The translations under genes and the position numbers were made by a program. Of a stretch of DNA of 64,000 nt, positions 14,321 to 28,646 are shown in pieces. Below the pieces are notes generated by a model that searched no databases, had not been told where the DNA came from, and saw nothing but the letters and a program-made list of their open reading frames with translations. The number at the start of each line of letters is the position of its first letter. The first letter of the stretch is position 1. The stretch is from Octopus vulgaris. Lineage: Eukaryota. The stretch lies in contig OX597818.1 in the NCBI GenBank assembly GCA_951406725.2, positions 9,362,001 through 9,426,000 on the forward strand, in the 5' to 3' direction.

Positions 14321-15091
14321 AATCCTTATTAGTGCTATACTCCTATAGATGATGTCACGTTGAGACGAGTATCATAGATTTTTATCTTTCTAATGTATAT
14401 CCACGTTGAGATATGCAGAATAATATATATTTATGTGTGCGTGTGTGTGAATGTGTGTGTGAGTCTGTCTGTCTGTATGTATGTATCTTTCTCCAAATGT
14501 ACGTATGTATATGGAGATATACTCACACATGTGGACACAAAGGCGCAAACATAAACACTCTGCGTTCCTAATGAGTTTTTAAAATAATGTTCCCAGTTAC
14601 AGTTTTTATATTTATGGAACGTCTTTTAAATACAAAAAAAACATTGAATATGAAAATGCTCTGCCATTCCTTGTTTTTCTAAAGATGAGGAGAATCTATA
14701 TGTCCAAGAGCCAACAAAAGAAACTTTAAAGAATTTCAAATATAAGACAGGTGTCAAATACAAATTTAATTTCAACAGAGATGCACTTTCTTCTATTTTT
14801 CGCTGCCTGAATGGAAGATTGCCAGTTCTAAAGAAGTTGCAAACAATTCCATGTCCAAAATTTCTGTCTGACATAGAAATCGTGTTTCAAGTTTTTCTAT
14901 TGCCATTTTATCATTCTCTCCCCTCTCTCTCCTTCTCTCTCTCTCCCTCTCTCCATCTTACTCACTGATTCATCCGTTCATTCTAAATCCCTCAATCTAT
15001 AGCAACAATGTAAATGCATGATGCTTTCAACAGTTACGAGGAATGATAGATAAGTTAATAACAATATCTATATGGAGGAGAATATGCTCAT

Positions 15092-15128
15092 TACTACCAC
15101 CACCACCACCACCACCACCACCACCACC

Positions 15129-15201
<73 letters not shown>

Positions 15202-15230
15202 TCTTTCTTTCTTTCTTTCTTTCTTTCTGT
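15092..15230. repeat. compound (CCA)n(CTA)n(CTTT)n microsatellite
   Basis: Direct inspection. Confidence 0.95.
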
Positions 15231-15269
15231 CTGTCGTAATAATAATCCTTTGTACCCTATGCACAAGGT

Positions 15270-15650
15270 CTCAGACTCTGGGGAAGGGGGTCTTGTTGGT
15301 CACATCATCCCCAGTACGCCACAAGTACTTATTTCAACGATCTCGAAAGAATGGAACGCACATCCGACCTCGGCGAAATTTGAACACGGAACGTAAAGAT
15401 GAATGAAATGCCACTAAGCATTCTATTCTACCAGCACACCGCATATTTTACATTTGTTTTTTGCACTAGTCTGACAAATTAGGGCGAAAGGTTTGCTCGA
15501 TTTCATTCACTGCACTACACAACTGCTATTTGTTTTATTGACCCTGGGATAATGAAGGCAAAGTTGATTTGGGTAGTATTTTAACTGAGAGCGTAAATAG
15601 TTAGAAGAAATACCGCTAGGCATTTTATCCGACATGTTAAAGACTTTGTC
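15270..15650 (-). mobile_element. two degenerate copies of SINE family B
   Basis: CGACCTCGGCGAAATTTGAAC and AATGAAGGCAAAGTTGA..GAAATACCGCTA match the reverse complement of 51566-51743. Confidence 0.65.
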
Positions 15651-16357
15651 CGCTTCATTTCCATATATTGCTGTGAAATATTGATTAAAAATTTTTGCAG
15701 AAGGCTAGCAATTGCGAGGGAGAGTGTAAAGCGAAGAAAACTGGATCCCTGTTCTAGTCGGACAATCCTGAGTTGTATAGAAGAATGAAGTGCAAAAGTA
15801 ACGAGATCTTCACGAAGAATCTCTGCATTAATGAGGGTCAACTGAACAGTTCTTCTTAAGGAAATCCTACACATGAACTAAGGACAACATCCAGAAATCC
15901 CTGTTGTGACAGCACTAATGGGAAAGAGTGTATTCCCTACTTTTGATAGATTCACCATCAACCCATTATATTCGCATTCGTTCAATTTCCAAGCGTTGCT
16001 GACATGTACATTTGTGTCGAACAGCTACTCGCTGGTGTATATCTCTTTATATAAACGGATCGTCTTACCTCTTTTCTTTGGCGTGGGCACCTTAAACGAA
16101 GAACATGATTTAAAAGACCGAGATAATTTCTTCTTTGGCTGAAACCTCATAAACTTAGGTTCTTGCTTTCATTTCTGTTGAAGCGTCCAATGTCTATGCG
16201 AATGTCTGTGTCTTATCTTATTCATATCTTTTTATTCTTGTGGTTAATCGTGTTTTGTCAAGAATTGATATGAAATTAGTGTAAGAAGCATACACTTAAC
16301 AACCTTGAAGAGAGGAAAATTAATTAACACTAATGTCAAGTTAGATAAGAGAAAAAG

Positions 16358-16490
16358 TGTGAATTACAGGAATTATATACTTACTAAAACTAAGAAACTA
16401 ATAATCTCGATAGAGTATTAAGCACACAAATGGAAGAAAATGTTAGGATAGAATATTTTAGATGCATTAGATTAATAATTAAACAGAGCT
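16358..16490 (+). repeat. 133-bp direct repeat, copy 1 (copy 2 at 18478-18610)
   Basis: TGTGAATTACAGGAATTATATAC...AAACAGAGCT occurs twice, with one mismatch seen. Confidence 0.9.
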
Positions 16491-17068
16491 GAATGCAAAT
16501 AAAAAGAACAAAATTAATAGGCATCATTATAACCAGTTGTCTCAATAATAAGATAGTTATAATATTCTTAATTGGACGTTAAGTAACTTAGCAAGTGTTG
16601 AAAGTAATATAATGACTACATGTAAAATACACACAAAATATCTGACAAATTATATTTGCAATTACTGGGAGGCAAGAAATCAAGTTAGATATATCCAAAC
16701 AATTAGGTCTTCCATATATATTGTATGTATTGCTAAATTCTGCACCCATATTACATGAAATACTTTTAATACAAAGGAAAAACACGAAGCAAAATAAATA
16801 CAGCATGAAACCTAGTTACATAGAGTAGGTTCGGTTGGGCTGTGCAAGGAATATATGCAATAAAAATTAGACCACTGAAATATATATGATAAATCTTCCC
16901 CAATTAATTGCCTTATTACAGTTTTAGAATAATATCGTTTACTTTTGCAACAATTTATCTGAAGTAGTAGTAGTAGTGTAGTAGTAGTAGTAGTGGTGGT
17001 GGTGGTGGTGGTGGTGGTGGTGGTGGTGGTGGTGGTGGTGTTGGTGGTGGCGGCGGTGTTGGTGGTAA

Positions 17069-17460
17069 TCTTTATATATAAAAGTGAAGTGTGTATGTCT
17101 CCTACGATTTAGATTCCTAACTACTCCCACATTTGGCGGTGCAGTTTAACCCAAACCGGGTACCTTATAGTCGTGATTCACATCGAGCGCTTCTGGGTAT
17201 TAGCGCGCGTCTACGATGAGTCTACGATTTTTAAAATAATTTACCATCATTTTTTCCATTTTAATGCATTTTTTCGCTATTATATAAGGGAAGTAACTCT
17301 CTAAAAATGTCTACGATGAATCAACGATTTAAAAAAAATGACCAACATTTTTTTTCCATTTTTAATGCATTTTTTTGCTATTTTTTGGCTATAACTCTCT
17401 AAAAATGCTTATATAATTATTTCCCTTACAAACCCGAGCAATGCCGGGCGATACTGCTAG
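17069..17460 (+). mobile_element. non-autonomous Helitron
   Basis: 5' TC, 3' hairpin CCCGAGCAATGCCGGG followed by CTAG, inserted between A and T, no TSD. Homologous to 41941-42334. Confidence 0.85.
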
Positions 17461-18477
17461 TCAATACTAATGCCTTCAGTGTGCAGTAATTTGTTAAGAG
17501 TTGTTAGTATTGTTGTAATTACATAAATGGCTTCTTATTATCTCTGTTAATTTATTGTGAATTCTGTAGAATATTGTAGTATACTCTTCTGGTATATTTT
17601 TTATCAGTGAGTACAGTTAACTTTGTCCATCCTACAAACACTCATTTAGATGTCGTTATACCTGATTAATATAGCTACTATTTACTTTTTATTCGCTAAC
17701 GTTCAGCTGCATCCTTTCTTGGTTAAATCATTGCAGATGGCCATCGATTTATAGATGTTGAAACCGAACATAAACCTTATTGATTTGGCTGCGATAGTGT
17801 TGGGTTCCGTCACTTCTCATGTTTATACCACGCACAATAGTTTAGCAACCTTTCTCAACCAGTTCTCCCAAGAATCGTATTGACTAACATGATGTGGGAA
17901 TTTATCAATAGCTTGTGTCAAACTGTCTAATTAAGAGTTATATCAATAGTTACAAAAGATTGGGATGTTAGACTTTTAACAGTAGGTTGCTAGGCAATGA
18001 TGTAAACTGAGTTCACCCGTTACAAGGATGTTTATTTTCATATCAGATGTTCAATATGTCGTTTCTATGTTACCATCTACATTTTCAATTAAGTTTGGAA
18101 TTTAAACGATACGGCTTCAGCTTCAATCAATCAATTAAAGTCCAATGAATAACGTAACCAGGTGCATGTGATTTTATCTTTTAATCAGGAGAGAATGCAC
18201 CCCTAAACATTTCACCATTTTCCAGAACGCCAAGACTAGCTGCAAGGAAGGAAAATGGTATCAAAGATGCGGAGGTTTGCTATGCTTCTTTGCAAAAACA
18301 ATGATTTCCTTATACGCTCTCAAGAACCGAGTGACGGATATGTGTGGACATGTATGAATGCATGTATGTATATATGTATGTATATATGTATGTATATATG
18401 TATGTATGTATGAATACATACATACGTACATATACATATTTATACATACATAAATTGGTGCTATTATATTTAAATAA

Positions 18478-18610
18478 TGTGAATTACAGGAATTATATAC
18501 TTACTAAAACTAAGAAACTAATAATCTCGATAGAGTATTAAGCACACAAATGGAAGAAAATGTTAGGATAGAATATTTAAGATGCATTAGATTAATAATT
18601 AAACAGAGCT
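18478..18610 (+). repeat. 133-bp direct repeat, copy 2
   Basis: Near-identical to 16358-16490. Confidence 0.9.
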
Positions 18611-20099
18611 TTAACATTAAATGAAGGATCACTTTTTAATAACGTATATATATATATTTGTATAATGAAAAGATAGACAGTGACTTGAAGCCTATATGTC
18701 GTCGTCATATATGCATAAATGTATGCATGCGCGCGTGTGCTTGTGCGTATATTTATGGTTCGTAATATTTCATCATGCGTGACAAAGAAATATACTGACT
18801 CAGCTGTCAACAACAGCCAAGAATGTATGTTAATTTTATGTTTCGCTTTCAGCTATATGTACTCATATCGTTTAAAAGGCAAAATTGTAATTTATTTGGT
18901 ACTCTACTGTGTCATGAAAAATGCTACAGATTTATTCGTCAGATATATTCGTAAACTTTTGAACCAAATGACTATCCTTATTAGCCGACTGATGTGTCAG
19001 CCTTCTATTTCATTCTCTTAATTTTACGGTGACGAAATATTTTCGATTACTTTGCTCTAAGAAGAAAATTTTCTGATCTTTCACACAGTTTTTTCCCATT
19101 ATTTCACAACTGACCAAATTGTATATACACAACACTGAATTTATAAATTTGGTATCGTCGTAAAATTATGTGTATGTTCTTTTCCTTTCTCTTTAAACAA
19201 TGTAATAGAAAGAAACTATGATTAAACCATCAATTGATTAAACTGATGGTAGTGATGACAATGAACCTGTAATAAGATGGATGTTCATGTGATGGACTCT
19301 CATGATATCGATATAGTGTGTGATGGATATACAATGGATATTTTATAACAAATATATGATATTATAGATATGTGATATACTAGGTCTATATAGACATAGA
19401 TCTGTCATGTCATATACCGATTATATGATAGATCTGTTACGTGGTCGTTTTAAGATATGATATACCTTTGAGGTAGTGAAAAGCACGCGAAAATGTCTTT
19501 ACATGTAGTTTTAATGCAAATCAATGCATCATAATGAACAAAGAGTTGGTGAAAATTGATGTTAGATGAGACAGATCTAAGAGATAGATGACATTATATA
19601 ACATCAAAGCACACAGAAAAATATCGTACATAAGCATTAAATACATGGAGGTGTAGAAGTAAAAGAAGTGCTATGAAACAAGTAAAATGGTGTTAGCTAT
19701 GGTTTTCTAAGCACTCCCGCCTTAACAAAATGTACTAGACAATGACTCCAGCAGAACAATCCATTAACAAGCTAATCCACGAGCAGATGTGCATTCTTTC
19801 AGCCAGTTTTGAAGAAATGAGGTAATATAAATGAAGCATAACAAAGTCCTATTATATTTAGTAAATTTAAATGAGTAAAGTCTAGAGCTAGCTAAAATGT
19901 AATCAAATATAAGTTGTCACCTATGAATAGCTAGGCTCATGAATGAGAAGAGAATACAATCAAATATGGACTATATATATGAATATATATATGAATTATT
20001 TTAATTTATATATATATATATATCCATACATATACGTAAATGTGTGGTTGTTCGTGAGTGTGTGTGTGTCTGTGTGTGTGTGTGTGTATACATACACGT

Positions 20100-20164
<65 letters not shown>

Positions 20165-20174
20165 AAATATATGC

Positions 20175-20244
<70 letters not shown>

Positions 20245-20342
20245 ACATATATAGAAATGCATATATTTACTTATATATCAGCAATATAGCTAGTTGTAAA
20301 ATCTCAAAAACAAATCGATTAGTAACTGTACTAAAAAGTAAA

Positions 20343-20628
20343 GTTACTCGCCACATGAAAATGAATATTTCGTGTTAATGCTAGTTTAACCCCAGGCAGA
20401 TTCTCCACCAGCTAGTTATCAGTGCAACTTTGTACCCTTCATATACAATATATTGTTAATTGGGGGAGCGAATCTCCGCCAACCTCTAGAGGGTGGGGGT
20501 CGCTACCTCTGCTATCATTATATTGTATATAAAGTGTGCAGAGTCGCACTGATGACCAGCTGGCGGAGAACCTGACTGGAGTTACAATGATAGTAGCATG
20601 AAACAGCCATTTTGATGTAGTGACTGAC
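20343..20628. mobile_element. diverged fold-back element with hammerhead-like motif (CTGATGA 20549-20555 ... GAAAC 20600-20604)
   Basis: 20343-20457 is an imperfect reverse complement of 20513-20628. The right arm reads AGTCGCA-CTGATGA-CCAG..CTGG...GAAACA..TGTA-GTGACT. Followed by (TA)n. Confidence 0.55.
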
Positions 20629-20632
20629 ATTA

Positions 20633-20697
<65 letters not shown>

Positions 20698-20700
20698 TAT

Positions 20701-21155
20701 AGACACAGTATTGGCTGGGTGGTAAGAAGCTTGCTTCCCAACCACATGGATTTGGATGCTCTCTTAATGCGTGGCACCTTGGGTAAGTGTCTTCAACTAT
20801 AGCCTCGGGCGGACCAGAGCTTCATTAGTGGATTTGGTAGACGGAAACTGAAAGAAGCCCGTTGTAACTATCTATCTATCTGTATCTATATATGTGTGCG
20901 TGCAATAGTGTGTGTGTGTGTGTGTGTGTTTATGGTTGTATGTGTGTGTGTTTATGTGTGTCTGTGTATTTCTCCCCGCTATCGTTTAACAAATCGACGC
21001 TGTTGTGTTTATGTCACCGTAACTTAGAGGTTCGGCAAAAGAGACCGATAGAATACGTGCTAGGCTCCCGAGGGATAAGTCTTAAGGTCGATTTCTTCGA
21101 CTAAAACCCTTAAGGCGGTGCTCCAGTCAAATGACTGAGACAAGTAAAAGAATAA
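20701..21155 (+). mobile_element. tRNA-derived SINE family A
   Basis: TGGCTGGGTGGTAAGAAGCTTGC head, conserved core, internal (TG)n, 3' AAATGACTGAGACAAGTAAAAG. Confidence 0.9.
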
Positions 21156-21639
21156 ATGAATAAAACAATAAAACAATATATATCAAAGAAAGTGAGAAAA
21201 TGCTTTAAGAAAGTTATCATGAAGGCAAGGAAGACAATGTTTTATTTCAATTGCTACCGGTTGCAATTAATGAAGACTATCTTATCATGCAATAAGAAAT
21301 TAGAGAAATACGGTAAAATTAATTCAATTAATTATTCTTGAAAGCAGTGTGAATGTTGATATGGTTTTCTCCAAAATTCACACAGTAACGATCGTTGGTT
21401 CTCTATCATAGCTGCGAGGTCATTACAGTTTGAAGTGGCAGAGATCGATTTGTATATTTTTGTTGTTATAGCAGTAGTGGTTTTTTCGTTGTTTTTTTTT
21501 TTGTTTTTGTTTTTTCGTTACTGGCAATGTTGATATCAAGGAATGATTGATTAATAAAGATAGGACAAGGCGTGTGGTCGTGGTGGCAGTCAAAAACTGT
21601 GCTAAATGAAGAAATCCCCGATAAACTCAGATTGTAGCT

Positions 21640-22754
21640 TTCACTGTAATGAATCTTTGCACAAACATCCCTCATAACTGAATTCAAGCCATTAAAATCT
21701 GGGGAGATAACTGGACAGTTAATCTGTCACAAGGCCTAGAAAATGGATTAATCATTTCAGAGGGTAACTATTATGTGTTTAATGAGAACTTTATCAAATA
21801 TGTGGGACCGTGATGGGGAAGAAAACAACCACTTCCTTTGCAAATTTACTTTTTAGCTATCTAAAGACTACGATTTACTAAAACTTATTCAAGAGTATAG
21901 GAACACTTCTTTTAAATATATAGAAGAAACTGGAAAACATACGCCCATGATTGCCAAATGTCTGGGAACAAAAGCTGAATGGAACCAAATGAATTCTAAA
22001 CTGTAGTCAATGGAATTAACAAAAATATGAATTTCACATTGGAATATAGACTAACTCCCAAATTTAGACATCCTAATAAAGAAGTCAACAACCGAATAGA
22101 AAGCGATATTCCTTATAAACTTACAGACTCAAAGTAATATATATATATTTTCAGCTCCTATCATCCCAGATATCAAAATAAATCTCTTTCATAATCTATC
22201 CCAAATGATTGGTACAATAGTATCCGGAGAAAATTTTTGTATAATGAATTTTCGAGGGTATAAGGATACACTCATTGAAAAGAATATTAACAATATTTAA
22301 TAGATGACGAAGCACAACGAGCCAAAACTATTAATGTCTGGGTACCAACACAAAGCAAGCAAAGGAAGATACTGACATTGAAAGTGTTACCATAAATTTC
22401 TACCAACAATCCTAAAATCGATAACGCCTACCTAATTTTTCAAAATGTACAGACACAGAAAAGGGCCTCCAGGATGAGCCAACGTCTTCTAACTCAAACC
22501 AACATAAAAACCTAAACAGGACGTATAAATTTATGCAATAAAATTCGGATAACCGAATATTCGAGCCAAATAAGAATCAGGAATGTGTGTCAGACATAAA
22601 GTAACCTAATTTTACGATCTTCCTCTCATATCAATTTGCCGATGGCAAATCGCAACCACGACCTGTCAACAAAGAAACTACATTCATAACGAAATATCGA
22701 CCACTTCTTAACCACTGATGGAAATAAATGACTACTAAAACAACAACAACAACA

Positions 22755-22807
<53 letters not shown>

Positions 22808-23280
22808 CACTACAACTGCTGCTGTTGTTGATGCTACTGCTGCTGCTACTACTGCTGCCACTGGTTCTTCGGATGTTACTACTGTCACTAAAGTTACTTC
22901 TCCCATTCCTGCTATTGAAGGAGAGTAATCAAATACTCCCGCAACACCTACATCTTTTGCCATATCCACCGCTACTACTACTACAAAAACTACTTAAAGG
23001 ACTACTGCTGCTACTACTTTTGATAATAAGGGAGACAGAGTTTCTGATGCTGCAAATAATGGCATTCTTACTACCACAACTGACGTCTGGACCATATTTA
23101 CGAACCAGCGGTTAATATCAAATTCCCAGTAAGGAACAGTAGACCACTACCACAGCATCAACAAAAAGGAACAATTGATCAGTGCCACAGCTAAAAGTGT
23201 TATTACCACTATAGTAACCAAGCAGCTTCACGGGGGAAAGAAACAACCACCAGCATGTGCATTTTGTAAGAATACCATGT
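21640..23280 (+). mobile_element. decayed LINE ORF1/gag-like relic with Thr-rich tail and (CTA)n tract
   Basis: A-rich, broken coding-like frames (MIGTIVSGENF..FRGYKDTLIEK) followed by Thr/Ala-rich repeats at 22730-23000. Parallels 1150-2900. Confidence 0.3.
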
Positions 23281-24006
23281 GAAATTTCAAAGCAGCTCCC
23301 ATGAAAATTTCCTTGAATTAAATTTTAAGTTTTCTCCTTTTCGTTTTGCATTATTAAATAATTATTAACAACTGAAACCGGTAACATATTATGACAAGTT
23401 TGCAAATATTATCTTCCTTTTACTCGTGACAATGCATCATCTCGTGCGAAACAGATGCACTTAGAGAGGGAGAGAGAATAAGAAAGGGAAAGAGAAAGGA
23501 AAGGGAGAGTGGGAAAGAGAAGGAAAAGGAGAGAAAAGCCAAAACATAATCTGGGAGTTAACAGATATCAAATCAGTATATAAAAGAAAAGCAAATATGC
23601 ATAAAGGAATATTCATAGTACGAAGACAGGAGGAGTCCGGAATATAAAAACTTTTGAAAGATGGGGTGTAAATCATTGCAGTCCAGTATAAGATACAAAA
23701 GATGTTCTCAGTATTGATATAAGACGTATATTTGTAGGTCGATCGATGGTGTTACAGGCAAAATATCTTGGAAATTATAGAAAACGGTGGGAGCTAATTT
23801 CATGAAGAAAGACCTTATCTCATTTAACATATTATAAATCGCAACTCATACATACGCAATTATACACACACACTCGCACTCAGATATAAATACGTGTGTC
23901 TGTATATGTGTATGTATGTGTATGTACATGTATGTATATGTACATATACATGCATATATATTTACACACACACACACACACACACATACATATACATATA
24001 TATATA

Positions 24007-24392
24007 TCTCTATATATAAGCGGCAGTTTGTCTGTGTGTGTTTCTGTGTGTTTGTTTGGTTGTACCCTCACTCTGACCACGGCTTTCAACCGATTCTGAT
24101 GAAACTTGACACACACATAGCCCAATGTCATAATTCAAAACTAACGCAGCGAAAATTTTGAAAAGTTCCCCCAGTTCTGAAAAAGATCGATAAATTCGAC
24201 ATGGGGTCGACAATCAGAAACACAAACCACAGATGGTCTAGGGGACGCAACTCGACCTTTTTAACTATCAAAAAAAAAATTTACCATCATTTTTTTTCCC
24301 ATTTTTTTGGCTATTTTTTGGCTATAACTCTCTAAAAATGCTTTATAGTTATTTCCCTTACAAACCCGAGCAACGCCGGGCGATACTGCTAG
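24007..24392 (+). mobile_element. non-autonomous Helitron
   Basis: 5' TC, 3' CCCGAGCAACGCCGGG hairpin + GATACTGCTAG, A|T insertion site. The last ~120 bp are shared with the Helitrons at 17069 and 41163, but the 5' part differs. Confidence 0.85.
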
Positions 24393-24441
24393 TATATATA
24401 TATAATTAATTCTTTTTAATATATATATATAATACATATCC

Positions 24442-24792
24442 CTTTTACTCTTTTATTCTTTTACTGGTTTAATTGTTTCAGTCATTTGACTGCGGCCATG
24501 TTGGAGTACCGCCTTTAGTCGAGCAAATCGAGGCCAGGACTTATTCTTTGTAAGTCTAGTATTTATTCTATCGTTTTCTTTTGCCGAACCGCTAACTTAC
24601 GGGGAAGTAAACACACCAGCATCGGTTGTCAAGCGATATTGGCGGGATAAACACAGGCACACGAACACACACATATATATACATATACATATATACGACG
24701 GGCTTCTACCAAATCTACTCACAAGGCTTGGGTCGGCCCGAGGGACAGAACCCGGAAACCATGTGTTTGGTAGGCAAGCTACTTACCACACA
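24442..24792 (-). mobile_element. tRNA-derived SINE family A (internally deleted)
   Basis: Reverse complement of the family A head, core and tail. Confidence 0.85.
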
Positions 24793-25001
24793 TTTGTGTA
24801 TATGTATATTTATATATATAATATATATGTATATATATAAAATATACGTATATATATATGTATATATGCATGTATCTATATTTGCATATACACGCTTGCG
24901 TTTACACACACACGCACACATACTCAAACATATATATATATACATATATATGCTCGCATAATTCTGTGTATAGACATATATGTATAACCCGCAGATGCAT
25001 T

Positions 25002-25136
<135 letters not shown>

Positions 25137-25341
25137 CACACTTTCATTAAATTTTATATCATGGAGTCAGAAAGATTTCGCCTATTATATTTACATAATG
25201 AACAGTATGTGCTTTTCTGTCATATCTATTGCCGGTGGAGATTGACTATTTCTAGATATGCATATATTTATGGACAAATATTCATGAATTTTTATGTGTG
25301 TGTATATATAGAGACATACACACACATATACGCGCACGCGA

Positions 25342-25374
<33 letters not shown>

Positions 25375-25376
25375 AA

Positions 25377-28300
25377 TGGTGGTTGTCTACACCTTATGCA
25401 GAATCTGACCACCTCCTATACCTACACATTAGATCCATCATGGCGTCTGATGTTGCTTTTAAAGTAGACAATATTTTGAAGACACCCACATAGTTTGCAT
25501 ATCCGATCTTCCCCACTAAGATCTGCTGTTAAATTCTGATCTTTGTGGATCAGGATATGACTTTTGAGGTCTCCGTTAGATTTACAGACCTTATGGCATG
25601 CATGGCATTGAAATGCGTGCACAGACAATTAAGCAGAATAGTTGGTGGAGGTTTGTTTTTCATGGGTCCGTAAATTATATTTGAACCTAGAAAAAGAAAG
25701 GCATGGTCTGTCACAATCTGCACACAAACATGTCATTGTGATTTACTTTCTGGATGGTAACATTCTTCTTTAAATCTCTTCTGAGTAATGTATGTTTTAT
25801 CCTCGCCTCTTCAAACGCTATCACTTCACACGTTTTTCACTCCAACTCGATCCAAAGCAAAGGATCCATTCTAAGGGATTGCATGGTAGTCTATATGCCG
25901 TCCTTAAAACTCTTTTTAGGTTTACACTGATAGTGTTTCCCCTCTGCAAGCTCACCATATAACAGCTTTTTGGATGTGCGTTCATCCGCCATTCGAGCAA
26001 TATGGCCACACCAACTCATTTGGTTTTTTAGAATCATTGTTTTAATTGAAGTGATGCCTGCTGACGCAAGGTCATCGGAATAAAAGAACTCCATTTAACG
26101 TTTAAAATGCGATGAAGGCATTTCTGGTGGAATTGTTCTAACAATTTGAAATGTCTTTCATAACATGTCCATCATTCAACAGAATACAACAGATATGGTA
26201 AGACAAATGATTCGTAAAGAGCCAATTCTGTGTTACTATTTATATGTTGTTGGCGCCAAACGCGTGACTGCAAACCACCAAAAGCTTGTGCTGCCCTTTG
26301 AACTTGCAGATGCATCTTTGTGTTCAGATATTCATCATTTTGTACAGAGCTTCCGAAGTAGGTGAATCAACAACCTCAAGTAACGTACCATTAACAAAAA
26401 TGTCAGTGGGGTTACAAACAGCCCCACATGCAGGTTGATACATTACAACTGTTTTTGTTTTGTTTTTTTCAGGTTGATGGTAATGCCAATTATCACAAGC
26501 TGAGTCAAATGTAGATAAAAGAGATTGCAGACCTGTTTCAGAATGCCTGACAAGATCGCAATCGTCAGCATACAAAGTTCCCTAATGAGTGAAGTAAAAA
26601 GCTTAGTTTTGAGTTTCAGTCTGGTCAGATTAAAAACATCCCCTATTGTTCGATATCTTATGTTAATTCCCTCTTCGGAGTTTTCAAAATTGTGTGACCG
26701 CACAACAGCAAAATATATTGCAAAAAGGGTGGGTGCATCAAGTTTTCCTTGCCTTACTCCATTTTCCACGGCAAAATAATCAGAGTCCCTACCACCAAAA
26801 TTAAATCTAGATTTCATATATTGATGCAAAGCCCTGATCATGTTTACAAATTTTTCTGTGCAACCTATTTTCCTTAGAATTTAACAGTAGAGCATTTCGA
26901 TTAACAGTAGAGAATGCTTTTCTCAAATCAACAAAGCAATGGTATAGGGCAAGATTCTGTTCAAGGCACGTTTCCTGAAATTGCCTGATAGTTAAGATAC
27001 AATCAACTGTGTCCCTGGAGGAGCGAAAACCACATTGAGACACAAACACCATATTTGGAACTATGAAGGTATTTAAATGTTCTAACACAATGCGGGCAAG
27101 TACTTTTCCAACCATAGACAAAAACGAAATTCCACGAAAAATACCGCACAGATCCTTTGTCCACGATTTATACAAGGAGACTAAAATGGCATCAATCTAC
27201 TCTTGAGGCACTTTCTCAGTTCTCTAACAAGGACAATTTAATATATTTAGAGTTCAAACATTTTTTCACCCCATATTTCAAGACCTCTGCCCAGATTCCA
27301 TCTCACCCTGGAGACTTGACATTCAGCTTATTCACAGCTAAATAAATGTCATTTAGAGTTGGTTCAAATGCCATCTCCTCTATAATTGGAAGGAGTTCGA
27401 TTTTTTCATATCATCCTCATGTCAGCGGATGATGGTCTATTCAAAACTGTAGATAAATGTTCTACTCAGCGCTTATAATTTAGAAGTGGTATCAGTCAGA
27501 ATCGAACGTCCATCTGATGTTCTCACTGGAACTATTGAAGAGGATTTGGAGCTATATATCTCCTTAACATAAGAGTACAAACCCTTGGTATCATTTCTAT
27601 CAGCTGCTTCTTGTGCCCCATTTACTCTATCATTCCACTATTCCTGTTTAATTTTCCTTAATAGTCTGCACTTTCCCTTGCAGCTTTCTGTAAACGTCGT
27701 TTGAGTTGGGGTTCAAGGAATGAGAAAGAAGCGTATTGATTGCCTAAGTTTTGATTTTCTTAAAATAGATCATGAATGTCTGCTGATTTGCCTGAGAACT
27801 AAACTTACGCGATTTAAATCCCGCTGACGAACTTGCAGTCTGAAATACTTCTGTTTTGAAATATTCCCATAGACTATTTGGATACATTCTATAGCATCGT
27901 GGAATCTTTGCAAGTTGCTTGGTAATTGGAAGTTTGCAACATTTAACTTTTTGGGTACCTTAGGACCAGACTGTCGACTTTTAGGCATTACCGAACATTT
28001 TATTTCTCCATGCAGTAGATGCTCTCTGCTCCCCTCATGACTTGAACACTAAAAACATCTGTCATATCACGTTTTCTGATCAAAATATAATCTATGAGAT
28101 GCCAATCCTTAGATCTTGGTTGCATCCAGGTAATTTTATATTTATTTTTTCTGTTTCAATAGAGTGTTGGTAACAAACAGATTATTCCCAGTACAAATCG
28201 TCAAAAGAGCTACTCCATTTTTATTACATTTTCCTGTCCCATTCCGGCCTAAAACAGGCTATGAAACGTAGTCCAATTCTTGCGTTGAGATCTCCCAATA

Positions 28301-28646
28301 TGACCAGTTTGTCAGAAAATGTCACTTACTTCAATAATCGTGCTAGATCGTCATAAAATTATCCTAAATTTTATCAGAATGAGACATTGTTGGTGCATAA
28401 ATACTGACAACAGAAAGCTAGCCTTTGTCAGTTTTATACAGAATGACATGGTTCGTTCAGATATACCAAATTTTGCAATGGAGGATACTAATGAATTCTT
28501 GAGAGTAAATCCAACACAAGATTCTCAGCTACATCAAGGGAATATTTTTAAAGCCCACATGCAATAAGGGCAGTACACCTTTCTGGCCTCTTGCACAATT
28601 TGTCATCAATAAGGGTGCGCACATTCCAACAGCCAAAATCTAGAGG
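25377..28646 (-). mobile_element. near full-length, frameshifted RTE-clade LINE (APE endonuclease + RT + C-terminal C2H2 fingers)
   Basis: Motifs in order: FGCWNVRTL; WMQPRSKDWHLIDYILIRKRD; RGISFLSMVGKVLARIV; SQCGFRSSRDTVD; FVDLRKAFSTVNR; GVRQG..APTLFAIYF; YADDC; WCGHIARMADERTSKKLLYGEL; CHACHKVCKSNGDLKSH. Confidence 0.93.

Noticed and set aside
14670-14760. Possible internal host exon (AG...GT bounded, open frame)
   Set aside because: No recognisable protein similarity, weak splice signals and no neighbouring exons.
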